A DNA stretch of 64,000 nucleotides from an uncultured archaeon (GTDB lineage: Archaea > Altiarchaeota > Altiarchaeia > JAFGQM01): contig CAZUDQ010000004.1 in assembly GCA_964619365.1 (NCBI GenBank), forward strand, positions 3,963 to 67,962, given 5' to 3'. The number at the start of each line of letters is the position of its first letter. Positions within the stretch are counted from its first letter, which is position 1. This document shows, one piece after another, positions 27,014-36,750 of this stretch. The translations under genes and the position numbers were made by a program. The notes below the pieces were generated by a model, which saw nothing but the letters and a program-made list of their open reading frames with translations, did not search any database and was not told the origin of the DNA.

Positions 27014-27160
27014 AAAAAGTAAGATTTTCTTATTTTCCAACGTTTGCTTATCTTGGGTTGCATAGCAACCCGACCATACTCCTCCGGTATCTCGGAGAAA
27101 GTAAGATTTTCTTACTTTTTGTTTTGCTCATCCCTCGGATATCCGAGGCTTCTTATTTTG
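27014..27160. repeat. Cluster of five palindromes/inverted repeats between tRNA-Ile and the COG1361/ABC operon
   Basis: AAAGTAAGA-TTT-TCTTA(T/C)TTT twice (27016, 27098), GGGTTGC-ATA-GCAACCC (27055), CTCCG-GTATCT-CGGAG (27082), CCTCGGATATCCGAGG (27133). Confidence 0.85.
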
Positions 27161-27321
27161 AGCCAAACTATTAAAAAACAAAACAAAATACCAACAAAGT
27201 ACAAAAAACTCTCCAGGGCAGCTAAAAGTTACAGCTTTAGGCGACTCGTTTCACTCTTTCTTATAGGCTGTTTCATCACAAAGAATATAGAATCAGTTAA
27301 AAGAATTCAAATTTTAAGCAA

Positions 27322-28998
27322 ATGAACACAAACAAATCTAAAGCGACACTTGCGGTTTTTTTGTTGTCGGCCTTTTTAGTCGCATCACAATCCGCAATTG
27401 GATCAACAAGCGGAGCGCAGACGCCAACGAGTCTGATTATCGACTTTTCGATAACTCCTTCAGACACAGAACTTGAACCAGGTGAAAGCAACATAATAAA
27501 TGTTGCAATAAAAAACACAGGTGGTCAGCCCGCCGAAGCTGTAAAGCTTACTGTAAGCGGTACTGGGAGTGTGATTGCAGGAGGGGGCTATTATATCGGA
27601 GACATTCCTGCGGGAGACACAAAGACAGTCCCAATAACCGTCCGCGCATCAACTTCACCCCAAACAAGATTAAGCAGAGTCAATGTAATGATATACTACA
27701 CAGGCTTTGATTCAAATGGAAATTCTGACAGGACTTATGACAACTGGCAGATACCTGTTTTTGTAGATATCCCCTCCATGTTCTCAGTCGAGACAAGTAC
27801 AAACACGCTTTTTGAAGGGGCACCAATCCCAGTAACATTTTCATTATCCCCTTCAGATAACGCATTTAGTGTTTATGCAGAATTCGAATCGGATTGTGCA
27901 ACGGTAATTGGTTCATCAAAAGTGTTTTTAGGCGATATTGTGGCCTTAACAAACGCCAATGACGAGCTTATCCCAGCTAAAGACGTCACCTTTGCATTGA
28001 GTCCAACAGGTTCAGATTCTTGTACTGGCAACTTAAAGCTTGACTACATAACAAAAGCAGGGTCAAACGCCAATGACGAGATTCCAATAGGCTTTAGTAT
28101 CGGGGACTCTCCAGTCGATTTTAAGATTACGGGTGTCAACTACTCGACAATCGTTCCTGGCGGAACAACAGACCTTGAAATAACCCTCAAAAACGGGGGG
28201 AGTTTTACTGCAGAGGACACTACAATCTCCTTTGAATTAAAAGACCCGTTTGTCCCTATAGAAAGCTCTGAAGTCTATATTGGGGACGTCGCACCTGATG
28301 AAACTGTCACAGCAGACTTTAAGATGGGTGTAACTTGGGACGCAGAAACAACCATATACTCAATGACCTTTAACATCTGTTACAAGCTTACAGGCACTGA
28401 GGTCTGTCAGGAAAAAATGATAGGTGTTGACGTGGTGGGTGACATAATCCTTGAGATTATCGGCACAAGTTCCACGTCATCAGGACTTAGTGTTGAAGTT
28501 GCAAATCTTGGGACAAGAAGTGCAGATGCCATCGTTGCAACATATTACTCTGGAAATCAGGGAGCGACAACAGGAGAGTTCCCAACGACACAAAGGTCTG
28601 ATTTTTCAGGAAAACAGAACTCAAACACTACAAGACCCAGTTCCGCACCCGAATCTGATATGCCCAGTGGAAATGGTATTGTGGACTACAAGTCAGACAT
28701 AAAGGCGGGAAATCAAGGAACCTTTACGTTTACTGGCGCATCATCAACCGAAGGTGGAACGGTAGTTTTTGAGTATACTGGAGCAGGAAACCAAAGAATC
28801 ACCCAAGTCGAGACCTTACCTTCCTCAAGTGGCGGCTCTTCAGCCACGACAGGTGACATGAATGCAAAACGCTCTTCTAGTGGCGGATTTGGACTTGTAG
28901 AAATAGCTATAATAATAGTTGTCGTAATAACCCTCTACTATGCGTACAGGAAAAAATATTTCGATAGGTTCTTAAAGAGGGAAAAAGGTTCTGAGTAA
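27322..28998 (+). CDS. COG1361-like S-layer/Ig-domain membrane-anchored protein
   Basis: Signal peptide, repeated (I/L)KN.G..AE....YIGD(I/V).PG(D/E) modules, C-terminal TM followed by basic residues. Confidence 0.8.
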   Translation: MNTNKSKATLAVFLLSAFLVASQSAIGSTSGAQTPTSLIIDFSITPSDTELEPGESNIINVAIKNTGGQPAEAVKLTVSGTGSVIAGGGYYIGDIPAGDTKTVPITVRASTSPQTRLSRVNVMIYYTGFDSNGNSDRTYDNWQIPVFVDIPSMFSVETSTNTLFEGAPIPVTFSLSPSDNAFSVYAEFESDCATVIGSSKVFLGDIVALTNANDELIPAKDVTFALSPTGSDSCTGNLKLDYITKAGSNANDEIPIGFSIGDSPVDFKITGVNYSTIVPGGTTDLEITLKNGGSFTAEDTTISFELKDPFVPIESSEVYIGDVAPDETVTADFKMGVTWDAETTIYSMTFNICYKLTGTEVCQEKMIGVDVVGDIILEIIGTSSTSSGLSVEVANLGTRSADAIVATYYSGNQGATTGEFPTTQRSDFSGKQNSNTTRPSSAPESDMPSGNGIVDYKSDIKAGNQGTFTFTGASSTEGGTVVFEYTGAGNQRITQVETLPSSSGGSSATTGDMNAKRSSSGGFGLVEIAIIIVVVITLYYAYRKKYFDRFLKREKGSE

Positions 28999-29029
28999 TT
29001 AGTCGGGCCTTTTCCAAAAAATAACTGCC

Positions 29030-30265
29030 ATGTCAACAACGCTAAACATCGCCGTCAGAAATATAACGCGCCATAAGGCAAGAAGTGCACTTACAATATT
29101 TGGAATACTTGTGGGTATCGGTCTTGTTATGGTACTTGGTGGCATAACTGAAGGGCTTAATCAGCAACTTCAGGACCAGTTCCAAAACATGGCTGCGACA
29201 ATTACAGTTTCAGACTCAGGTGGTGACGGTATTGATGACGATGTGGTTGAGGAGATTCGTGGCATACCTGGTGTCGAGAGTGTTGTTGAAACAGGGACTT
29301 ATAATATAGAGCGAAATGTTCGGGGCAATGAGATGGGCTTTGGCACCAAAAGCGGAGGCATAATGATGGATGCCGGACGCATGCCTGGCGAAGGCTCCTT
29401 TGGTGTTTCAATAACTTTTACAGCAATACCAACAGAAGAGTTCTCAAGTATTGTAAGTGACGAGATAGGAGTACTAAGCGGTCGCAAATTAGAAGGGTCT
29501 GACGAAGGTACAAATTATGTGGTTTTGGGTTATAGCTTAGCAGAGGCCCAGGGATTAAATGTTGGCGATGAAATTGAGTACATCCGCGAGATTAAAAAAT
29601 CCCAGATTGATGAAGATGAAACAAGAGAGGAAACTCATTATTTTGAAGTAGTAGGCATTCTTGAAGAAGCGGATTCAGATGATATTGATAAGGCAGCATA
29701 CGTTCCCCTTGACACCATGCAAAATATTGAGGAGGATGACAAAATATCAAAGCTAGTAGTAACAGTAACTGATGTGGATGTGGTTGAGGAGATATCTGAA
29801 GAAATTGAGAACAGGGTTGATGATGTTTCTGTGCGCTCTGCAATAACAATGGTTCGCCAACTCGAATCGATGCTTGGCGGTGTTCAATTAGCACTTCTTG
29901 GAATTGGCGCAGTTGCAGTCTTTGTCGGCGGCCTTGGAATAATAAACACTATGCTTACTTCAGTCATGGAAAGAAGGCGAGATATGGGTGTTATGAAAGC
30001 GGTTGGCGCAACTGAAAAGATGATTCTTTCCCAAGTGATAACTGAAGCCGTCATAATGAGTCTTATCGGAGGTATTGGCGGAATATTAATAGGGTACATT
30101 GCAGAGCGGACAATGCCCGGGATTATAGGTATGGATGTTGTTATGTCACCCTTCTTGGTAATACTGGGACTTGGGTTTGCAGTACTCTTAGGTGTTTTCT
30201 CTGGAATTTATCCTGCCCATCAAGCATCAAAATTAGATCCAGTGGAGGTGTTGGCATATGAATAA
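29030..30265 (+). CDS. ABC transporter permease (MacB/FtsX family)
   Basis: RSALTIFGILVGI, GIINTMLTSVMERRRDMGVMKAVGA, YPA..ASKLDPVEVL.YE. Confidence 0.93.
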   Translation: MSTTLNIAVRNITRHKARSALTIFGILVGIGLVMVLGGITEGLNQQLQDQFQNMAATITVSDSGGDGIDDDVVEEIRGIPGVESVVETGTYNIERNVRGNEMGFGTKSGGIMMDAGRMPGEGSFGVSITFTAIPTEEFSSIVSDEIGVLSGRKLEGSDEGTNYVVLGYSLAEAQGLNVGDEIEYIREIKKSQIDEDETREETHYFEVVGILEEADSDDIDKAAYVPLDTMQNIEEDDKISKLVVTVTDVDVVEEISEEIENRVDDVSVRSAITMVRQLESMLGGVQLALLGIGAVAVFVGGLGIINTMLTSVMERRRDMGVMKAVGATEKMILSQVITEAVIMSLIGGIGGILIGYIAERTMPGIIGMDVVMSPFLVILGLGFAVLLGVFSGIYPAHQASKLDPVEVLAYE

Positions 30266-31046
30266 AAGTCGCGAGAGGGAACTGGCAGAAGAAGATCAGA
30301 TTTCGATAAAATGCGAAGACCTTGTTAAGGTGTACAATAAAGGCAAACCAAATGAATGCAAGGCACTTGATGGAGTCTCTTTTGAAGTCAAAGAAGGCGA
30401 GTTTGTAGCAATTGTTGGCCACTCTGGGTCTGGAAAGTCAACGCTTCTCCATCAGATAAGTTGTCTTGATACTCCAACAAGTGGAATTGTTAAGATTGGA
30501 GGGAAATTAACAAAAGGTCTTAGCGGCGATGGAAAGGCGCAGCTTAGACGGGACAAACTGGGTTTTGTCTTCCAGCAATTTAATTTAATTAAAAGTCTCT
30601 CGGCACTTGAAAACATCACACTTCCTATGGAATTTGCTGGAAAAAGCAAGAAAGTGTCTGAAAAGCGTGGCCGTGAACTATTCGCTCTTGTCGGACTTAC
30701 TGGCAAAGAAGAAAACCTGCCGACTCAACTTTCAGGAGGCCAGCAGCAAAGGGTGGCAATAGCGCGCGCCCTTGCAAACAACCCGCAGATAATAATGGCA
30801 GATGAACCCACTGGAAATCTTGATTCGGTCACAGAAAAAGAGATATTAAGAATACTAATAGAACTTAATAGAAAAGAGAAAAAGACCCTAATCATTGTCA
30901 CGCATGAACCGTCTCTGGCTGAAACGGCCGATAGAGTAATAAAGTTAAAAGACGGCCATGTTGAATTCGATCGCAAAGGAAAAGGTAATGCAGAAAAGCT
31001 TCTTGGTGTCGGTTCTTTAAAGAGAATAACCTTGCATGAGGATTAA
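30258..31046 (+). CDS. ABC transporter ATP-binding protein (LolD/SalX type)
   Basis: GHSGSGKST, LSGGQQQRVAIARAL, ADEPTGNLD, VTH. Confidence 0.95.
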   Translation: MNKSRERELAEEDQISIKCEDLVKVYNKGKPNECKALDGVSFEVKEGEFVAIVGHSGSGKSTLLHQISCLDTPTSGIVKIGGKLTKGLSGDGKAQLRRDKLGFVFQQFNLIKSLSALENITLPMEFAGKSKKVSEKRGRELFALVGLTGKEENLPTQLSGGQQQRVAIARALANNPQIIMADEPTGNLDSVTEKEILRILIELNRKEKKTLIIVTHEPSLAETADRVIKLKDGHVEFDRKGKGNAEKLLGVGSLKRITLHED

Positions 31047-31606
31047 ATCTCAATCAGATTCGCAGACTCTTCTTCGACCTCAAGAAATATGGCCTCAGAA
31101 TTCTTGTGGCCCCCAGTGTTTAATTTTTCTCTATAATCTTCATCCAAAAGATGCGAAAGCATTACTAGAAGAGCGCCGTTGTGACTTACAACAATTATTG
31201 TATCCTCACTATGCTCTTTTTTGATATCTGTTATGAACTCTTTGACTCGCATTAAAACTTCGTCCCAAGTTTCCCCACCCGGAGCTCCCCAATCAGATCT
31301 CATAAGACTTTCTGGAAAACAATCAGAGCGTTTCTTTCCTGTATGAATCCCCAAATCCCTTTCTCTTAGTCTTTTGTCTGTCTTAAAAATCGTCTTTGGA
31401 TGTTTGGATAGGATTTCTTCAGCCGTTTCTTTGGCTCGCCTAAGGTCGCTTGAATAAATGTAATCTGCGTTTTGGTTCTTTAACTCTTCTGAAAGTTCTT
31501 TGTTGCGCAACTTCCCTTCTTGACTTAAAGTTCCTTGCAAATGGCCCTGTAAAATGTCATTGATATTCTCTTCAGTCTTACCGTGTCTAACAAGAATTAG
31601 CCTCAT
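31043..31606 (-). CDS. Histidine phosphatase (phosphoglycerate mutase family), start moved to ATG 31606
   Basis: LVRHGKT, SSDLRRA.ETA, RLRE, GGET, VVSHNG. Confidence 0.9.
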   Translation of the reverse strand: MRLILVRHGKTEENINDILQGHLQGTLSQEGKLRNKELSEELKNQNADYIYSSDLRRAKETAEEILSKHPKTIFKTDKRLRERDLGIHTGKKRSDCFPESLMRSDWGAPGGETWDEVLMRVKEFITDIKKEHSEDTIIVVSHNGALLVMLSHLLDEDYREKLNTGGHKNSEAIFLEVEEESANLIEI

Positions 31607-31610
31607 GCTC

Positions 31611-32885
31611 TTAAATCTTTTCCCACTTACCCAGTTCAAGGATTTGCCCAAGACTCTTGCCACCCTCAATTTCAGCCTTTACACGTTCCTCTTTTTCCTT
31701 TACATAAAGCGCTCTTTTTGAGATTTCAAGAGCACGCTTCTTTGGGATTATGACAACGCCGTTTTTATCGGCAAGTATGTAGTCGCCCGGACACACTTCC
31801 TGCCCCCCGCATCTTATTGGAATATTAAGTTCTCCCATTCCTTTTGGCTCGCCGGCAGCAGGGCTTATGCAGCGCGCATAAACTGAGAACCCCATGTTTT
31901 TTATTTCATCAATATCGCGCACGCCTCCGTCGATTACAAGTCCTGCAATCTTCTTTTTAACGGCACTTAGCGTCGCAAGTTCGCCCCAGAGGGCAACCTG
32001 GCTTTCATGTGCGTCAATAACTATGACATCGCCTTCTTCAGCACGGTCTATTGACTGGACTGTTTTTGACCAGTCGCCGGGATACGCGCGCACTGTAAAT
32101 GCCTTGCCAAAGAATTTATTGTTAAACGAAACTGGTCGCAGTCCATGCATTTCACCTCGTCTGTGCATGGCATCACTAACATGACATGTGCTGACCATTC
32201 CAAGAAGCTCTTCAACGCTTTGAGTCGCAATCTCGCCTTTTGTTTTGTGGGTCATGCGTGCATCGGCTATTGCTTTTTTGTATTCAGCAGCCTTTTCCTT
32301 TGCGTTAGCGGCTTTTGTTATGCCCCCGCCAACAACAATGACTTCAGCACCTGAAAGTATTGCATTTTTTGCACCCTCAACACTAAGTCCACCCCCAACG
32401 GCAATCGGAACGCTAGTAGTTCCTGATATTGCCTTTAAATCGCTAAATACGTTTTTTCCAATCATCTGCTGGTCGATTCCAGTGTGGACCATTACATAAT
32501 CTGCTCCAAGCTCAACTGCGCGTCCTGCGGCCTCTTCAAGGCGCTTGACATTAAGCAAGTCAACGACAACTTCGCAGCCAAAGTTCTTTGCAGCTTCAAC
32601 TGCCTGAATAAGTGTTTGTTCATCGGCCGTACCCATCACAGTTACGATATCAGCCCCGGCTTTTGCAGCCATCTCGGTTTCAATGTCGCCGGTATCGGCA
32701 ATCTTTAAGTCAGCAACAATCTTATGTTTGGGAAATGCTCGCCTAAGCTCGCGCACAACATCCATGCCACAGGCTTTTATCAGAGGAGTTCCTGCCTCAA
32801 TCCAGTCTACAGAGTCCTTTACTTCTTCAGCCACCTTAAGCGCGCGGTCAAGGTCCACAAAGTCAAGAGCTACTTGGAGAGTCAT
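31611..32885 (-). CDS. 3-hexulose-6-phosphate synthase fused to an RraA/HMG-aldolase-like domain (start moved to ATG 32885)
   Basis: LQVALD, IEAGTPLIK, DLKIADTG, VHTGID, VGGG; then HVSDAM, GDW, WGELA, IDGGVRD, GD.ILAD..GVV. Confidence 0.88.
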   Translation of the reverse strand: MTLQVALDFVDLDRALKVAEEVKDSVDWIEAGTPLIKACGMDVVRELRRAFPKHKIVADLKIADTGDIETEMAAKAGADIVTVMGTADEQTLIQAVEAAKNFGCEVVVDLLNVKRLEEAAGRAVELGADYVMVHTGIDQQMIGKNVFSDLKAISGTTSVPIAVGGGLSVEGAKNAILSGAEVIVVGGGITKAANAKEKAAEYKKAIADARMTHKTKGEIATQSVEELLGMVSTCHVSDAMHRRGEMHGLRPVSFNNKFFGKAFTVRAYPGDWSKTVQSIDRAEEGDVIVIDAHESQVALWGELATLSAVKKKIAGLVIDGGVRDIDEIKNMGFSVYARCISPAAGEPKGMGELNIPIRCGGQEVCPGDYILADKNGVVIIPKKRALEISKRALYVKEKEERVKAEIEGGKSLGQILELGKWEKI

Positions 32886-32977
32886 TTGAATTCCTTTTTC
32901 TGTGTTTGGGCGAATTGAAACTATAAGCTTAAAAAAGCATAGCATTTAAATCTGTAAATCTTATATCTAAGTAGATT

Positions 32978-33844
32978 ATGCCATTTAAAGAATCATTAAT
33001 GAGACCTTGGCTGAAGTATGTGCAAAAAAGAAACGAACGCCTTGGTCTGGACTATAAAAAAGCGATAAATTCTGTCGGCGGATATAAACTCGTTATAACT
33101 ACAGATTCTCATCAGTTTACAGCCAAGGATCATGACTTATACTATAAACATTCAAACCCCAAACTCCATGTTGCAATAAATAGTTACAGCGAGATGCCCG
33201 CGCTTGTAAGGTCGCTGGGTCCGTTTTTAAAAGAAAGAGATATAAGCCATAAATTCATTGATTCGCCCCTAGGTATGCGTATTATCAATTCTGATGTGAG
33301 TGCCGGAAAATTTCTTACAGTTTATCCAAAAAGTCCTGAGCATCTTGTGGACTTAGTTCCTGAGATTGAAAAAGAATTAAAAAAGACGGGAGTAAAAACT
33401 CGAAAGCGAGAGGCAATACTTCCTCTTACAAGCAGAGCCATTGGGAAAACAGGCCTTGTTTTTTACAGGCATCCAATGCCTGAGGAAACTGGTCACAGAG
33501 TATATGACACCGAGAAAGGCGAATTATCTCATTCACCAATAGAGGATTCACGCGCAGCTAATTTACACAATCCAATATTTGGTCCAGACAAAGTTGCAGA
33601 TATTGCCGCACAGAAAAAGATCCCCATAGAAGAATTGGACGGGATGCATGCAAGAAACCAAGAACAAATATCAAGAATTTTAAAGGAGAACAAAAAGAAG
33701 TTCCCTAGTTCTAAGGAAGTTGCTCGCCTAGCCCAAAACCAGAAAACTCTTAAGGATGTCCATAAGTTCAATAAACGAAACGAGAAGATGTATGGACCCA
33801 AAGGATCAATGCGAAATCGCCCAAAACAACACAGAAGAAAGTAA
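32978..33844 (+). CDS. Stand-alone LanKC/RamC N-terminal (OspF-like phosphothreonine lyase) domain protein with basic tail
   Basis: KLHV, HKF, AGKFLTVYP and FYR occur in the same order as the class III lanthipeptide synthetase lyase motifs (WKIHVS, FK, SGKFITIYP, YRYG); no kinase or cyclase domain. Confidence 0.6.
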   Translation: MPFKESLMRPWLKYVQKRNERLGLDYKKAINSVGGYKLVITTDSHQFTAKDHDLYYKHSNPKLHVAINSYSEMPALVRSLGPFLKERDISHKFIDSPLGMRIINSDVSAGKFLTVYPKSPEHLVDLVPEIEKELKKTGVKTRKREAILPLTSRAIGKTGLVFYRHPMPEETGHRVYDTEKGELSHSPIEDSRAANLHNPIFGPDKVADIAAQKKIPIEELDGMHARNQEQISRILKENKKKFPSSKEVARLAQNQKTLKDVHKFNKRNEKMYGPKGSMRNRPKQHRRK

Positions 33845-33950
33845 CTCTCCCTTTTTATACCTTAGCTTAGAAATTTAGGGGGGAGGAAACGGCTTAGAAT
33901 GCAAGAGATGCATTAGTACCCTTCTCACATGAGTCTAATTTTATTAGAAA

Positions 33951-34538
33951 ATGACAATGCCTTACTTTTCACGGATTTTAAAGGAGAGTATCCCTATTCT
34001 TTTTTTGCTCCTTTTAGGCGAGCTTATGGCAGGAGTAATCCTCCAAGAAGGTGAAGCATCATTTGCTTTAATTCCAGGTCTTCTAATTCTTCTTCCGGCA
34101 ATACTTTCACTTAGGGGAAACGTATCTTCAGCCCTTGCAAGCAGATTTGGTTCTTACCTCCACATGGGTCTTGTCAAGCCGGAGATGGGTATGGGTATCT
34201 TTAAGAAAAAGGTCGTAAAAGAGAACTTCTATGCCTCAATGGTGCTTAATATCATAATGTCTGCGGCACTTGGCGTCTTTGCCTATTTTGCAGCGGTCCT
34301 AACTGGTGCAACAGACGCAAACATCATAGTTTTAACATTCATTGCTCTTGTCGCAGGCATCCTTTCAGGATTTTTCCTGGTTTTCTTGACAATATTCCTT
34401 GCACTTTTCACTTCATCAAAAGGGATGGACCCGGACAATGTATTGTCCCCTACAGTCGCAACAATAGGCGACATATTCACAGTACTTTTCTTATTCCTTG
34501 TAGCTGATATTGCAATAATGATTTGGCCAATGGTATAA
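33951..34538 (+). CDS. MgtE-family integral membrane domain protein (single repeat)
   Basis: LPAILSLRGNV...LASR....LH.G, G.DPDNV..P.V.TIGD. Confidence 0.85.
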   Translation: MTMPYFSRILKESIPILFLLLLGELMAGVILQEGEASFALIPGLLILLPAILSLRGNVSSALASRFGSYLHMGLVKPEMGMGIFKKKVVKENFYASMVLNIIMSAALGVFAYFAAVLTGATDANIIVLTFIALVAGILSGFFLVFLTIFLALFTSSKGMDPDNVLSPTVATIGDIFTVLFLFLVADIAIMIWPMV

Positions 34539-34587
34539 AGAAAGATTTTCACACTTAAAACACAATAAATATGTGATTTAACAAACA

Positions 34588-35214
34588 ATGGACGAAGTTG
34601 AATCGATTGAAGAGATCTCTGATGAGGTTTTCGAAGAGAAGAAGTCGTTAAAAGACATTCTAGTCGAGATGAAAGACTTATCGGAAGCTACAACAGACTT
34701 GGCATATTCTGCAGTGCTCCTAAACAGCACTGAACTTGCCGAAGAAGTAGTTGAGATGGAAGTGCAGATGGATAAGCTTAGGATTGAAGCTGAGCTTAAG
34801 GCAATGCTTGCCTCACGTAATCAAGAAGACGCCGAGGATCTTGTTGCGATGCTTCATATTGCTGCAGCTGCCGAGAACATGAGTGATGCCGCAAAAAACA
34901 TAGTCGAAGTCGTATTGCGTGGCGAAGGCGACCACCCTATTCTAAGGGGAATGGTGTCTGAAGCCGAAGAGACGACTATAAAGGCAAAAGTTTCAGAAGA
35001 CTCAGTTCTTGCAGGAAAGACTCTTGGTGCATTATGCCTCTCTACACACACAGGTATGCTTGTTATTGCAATAAAGCGCGGAAAACGCTGGCTTTATCGC
35101 CCAAAGAAGCGTAGTGTGATACAGGCAGGAGACCTCCTCATTGCCGTCGGTTCTCAGGAAGGCGCTGAACTTCTCCAAGAAATCGCAGAAGGCAAGATAA
35201 CTGAGATTTGTTAA
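34588..35214 (+). CDS. PhoU-like plus TrkA-C domain protein
   Basis: EMKDLSE...DLAYSA.L, A.AAE.MSDAA..I, G..VIAIKRG..W.Y.P......AGD.LIA.G. Confidence 0.85.
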   Translation: MDEVESIEEISDEVFEEKKSLKDILVEMKDLSEATTDLAYSAVLLNSTELAEEVVEMEVQMDKLRIEAELKAMLASRNQEDAEDLVAMLHIAAAAENMSDAAKNIVEVVLRGEGDHPILRGMVSEAEETTIKAKVSEDSVLAGKTLGALCLSTHTGMLVIAIKRGKRWLYRPKKRSVIQAGDLLIAVGSQEGAELLQEIAEGKITEIC

Positions 35215-35281
35215 AAAACAGGCATTATTTTTGCCTGTTTATACTTTTTCTATTTTTAAGATTTATTCGCATAAACTAGTT

Positions 35282-36223
35282 ATGTACGCGCCACCAGACC
35301 CGGTTTCAAATCACCAGACCCAGATGATTATGAACATGGTAGTTTCAATATTTCTCTTAATAGGGGTACTAATTGTTCTCCAATACTTCAATTTTATCTA
35401 CCTCAATGATATACCAGTCTTTGGGGGGTGGGCAATGGACATATATGAACAAGTATTTGGCACCCCAAAAGTCCTGATACTTCATGGCAATGATTCGGTT
35501 GGAGATTGGAAGGAATTGCGGGACCAGCTTAGCTCTGAGATGTCCATTAATGCGGGCATGTACTTTAACTATGAAGATATTGATATCCGGGAGTATGATG
35601 CGGGCATGGAAAGCAAACTTGAAAATTACGGTCTTGTTATTGTTGAAGATGCACTTGAAATAGACAAGGGCAAGCTCATAAACCTAGATAATTTCGTGAA
35701 AAATGGAGGTAATCTTGTTTGGGTCGGTGATGCAGGTACGATTGGTGTTGTTGAATATGAGGATACGCCCATTGCGATACAATATGGCTGGGAACGCTCT
35801 GTTGTTTGCGTAAATCCGGAAACAAAAACTGAGTGTGATTGCTCAACAGTTGCAAAAAACTCGACTTGCAAATACCTAAACGAACAAGCAGAGCGCACAA
35901 AAGTAGATTTCGAAGCAAGACTTGGCGCGGCATTTGTAGAAGATGTCAATCTCACAAATCCACAAATAAAGATTGTTGATACAGACCACTGGGCAATGAG
36001 TGGGATAAACCAGTTATTTGGCATAAATTCGACAAAAGCGGCCAAAGTCAAAAACGGATATGAGACAGAGCTTGTCGCAAATGTACTGCAGGGAGATGAT
36101 ACTTATCCTGGGGTATTTGTTCAGGAAGGGCCTGGAAGGACCGGAACTGTGCTTTACTTCGCATACCCTCCCGAGGATACATTAGAAGTGCTTTTACCGC
36201 TTATAGGGCGCATGAGATATTAA
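35282..36223 (+). CDS. Hypothetical membrane-anchored protein (possible GATase/ThuA-like fold)
   Basis: Long ORF; N-terminal TM; FVKNGGNLVWVG motif; likely ATG at 35282. Confidence 0.6.
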   Translation: MYAPPDPVSNHQTQMIMNMVVSIFLLIGVLIVLQYFNFIYLNDIPVFGGWAMDIYEQVFGTPKVLILHGNDSVGDWKELRDQLSSEMSINAGMYFNYEDIDIREYDAGMESKLENYGLVIVEDALEIDKGKLINLDNFVKNGGNLVWVGDAGTIGVVEYEDTPIAIQYGWERSVVCVNPETKTECDCSTVAKNSTCKYLNEQAERTKVDFEARLGAAFVEDVNLTNPQIKIVDTDHWAMSGINQLFGINSTKAAKVKNGYETELVANVLQGDDTYPGVFVQEGPGRTGTVLYFAYPPEDTLEVLLPLIGRMRY

Positions 36224-36290
36224 CTTTAAACCCATTTGAATATTTATAGACTCAACCCTCTAAATTAGTCGGATAAAAACCACCCGTATA

Positions 36291-36701
36291 ATGGCAAAGG
36301 ACCTAAGTTATCTTATTGGACGCTTGCAGGGACTAAATGAGCTTGTAAAGATTCTAAAAGGCGTCGTTGACAAAGATAAGAATGCAGACTCAGAGATGGT
36401 CAAAGTTATGACCGACCATGTAGCAGAGCAACTCACTTCAATACTTTCCGATCTTGATGAAATTGGCATGGACAACAATCAGCAAGTCGCTCTTGCTGAT
36501 ATAAAGGCAAAACATGTCATGCCAAACGAACCAGAATCAAAAGATGAGGAAGAAATTTCTGATTTAAAAGACGATGCAGAAGGGGCCGAATCTAAAACAG
36601 ACGAACCAGCGCCTGACGAAGAGCAAAAGCCTGCCGATATTGATCAGCATCAAAAGACAGTTGACGATCTCCTGCATGACCTTGAAGCAATGCAGACTTA
36701 G
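36291..36701 (+). CDS. Hypothetical acidic protein
   Basis: 136-aa ORF filling the intergenic space, TATA-like sequence upstream. Confidence 0.65.
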   Translation: MAKDLSYLIGRLQGLNELVKILKGVVDKDKNADSEMVKVMTDHVAEQLTSILSDLDEIGMDNNQQVALADIKAKHVMPNEPESKDEEEISDLKDDAEGAESKTDEPAPDEEQKPADIDQHQKTVDDLLHDLEAMQT

Positions 36702-36750
36702 GCAATATAATCCCCAGTAAGGTTTTTCTTGGCAGTCCCATTTTATTCAC

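Noticed and set aside
26668-33844. Linking the Ser/Thr-rich 20-aa peptides to the LanKC-like lyase as a RiPP system
   Set aside because: The two are 6 kb apart with unrelated genes between. There is no kinase or cyclase and no leader motif, so nothing in the sequence supports the link.
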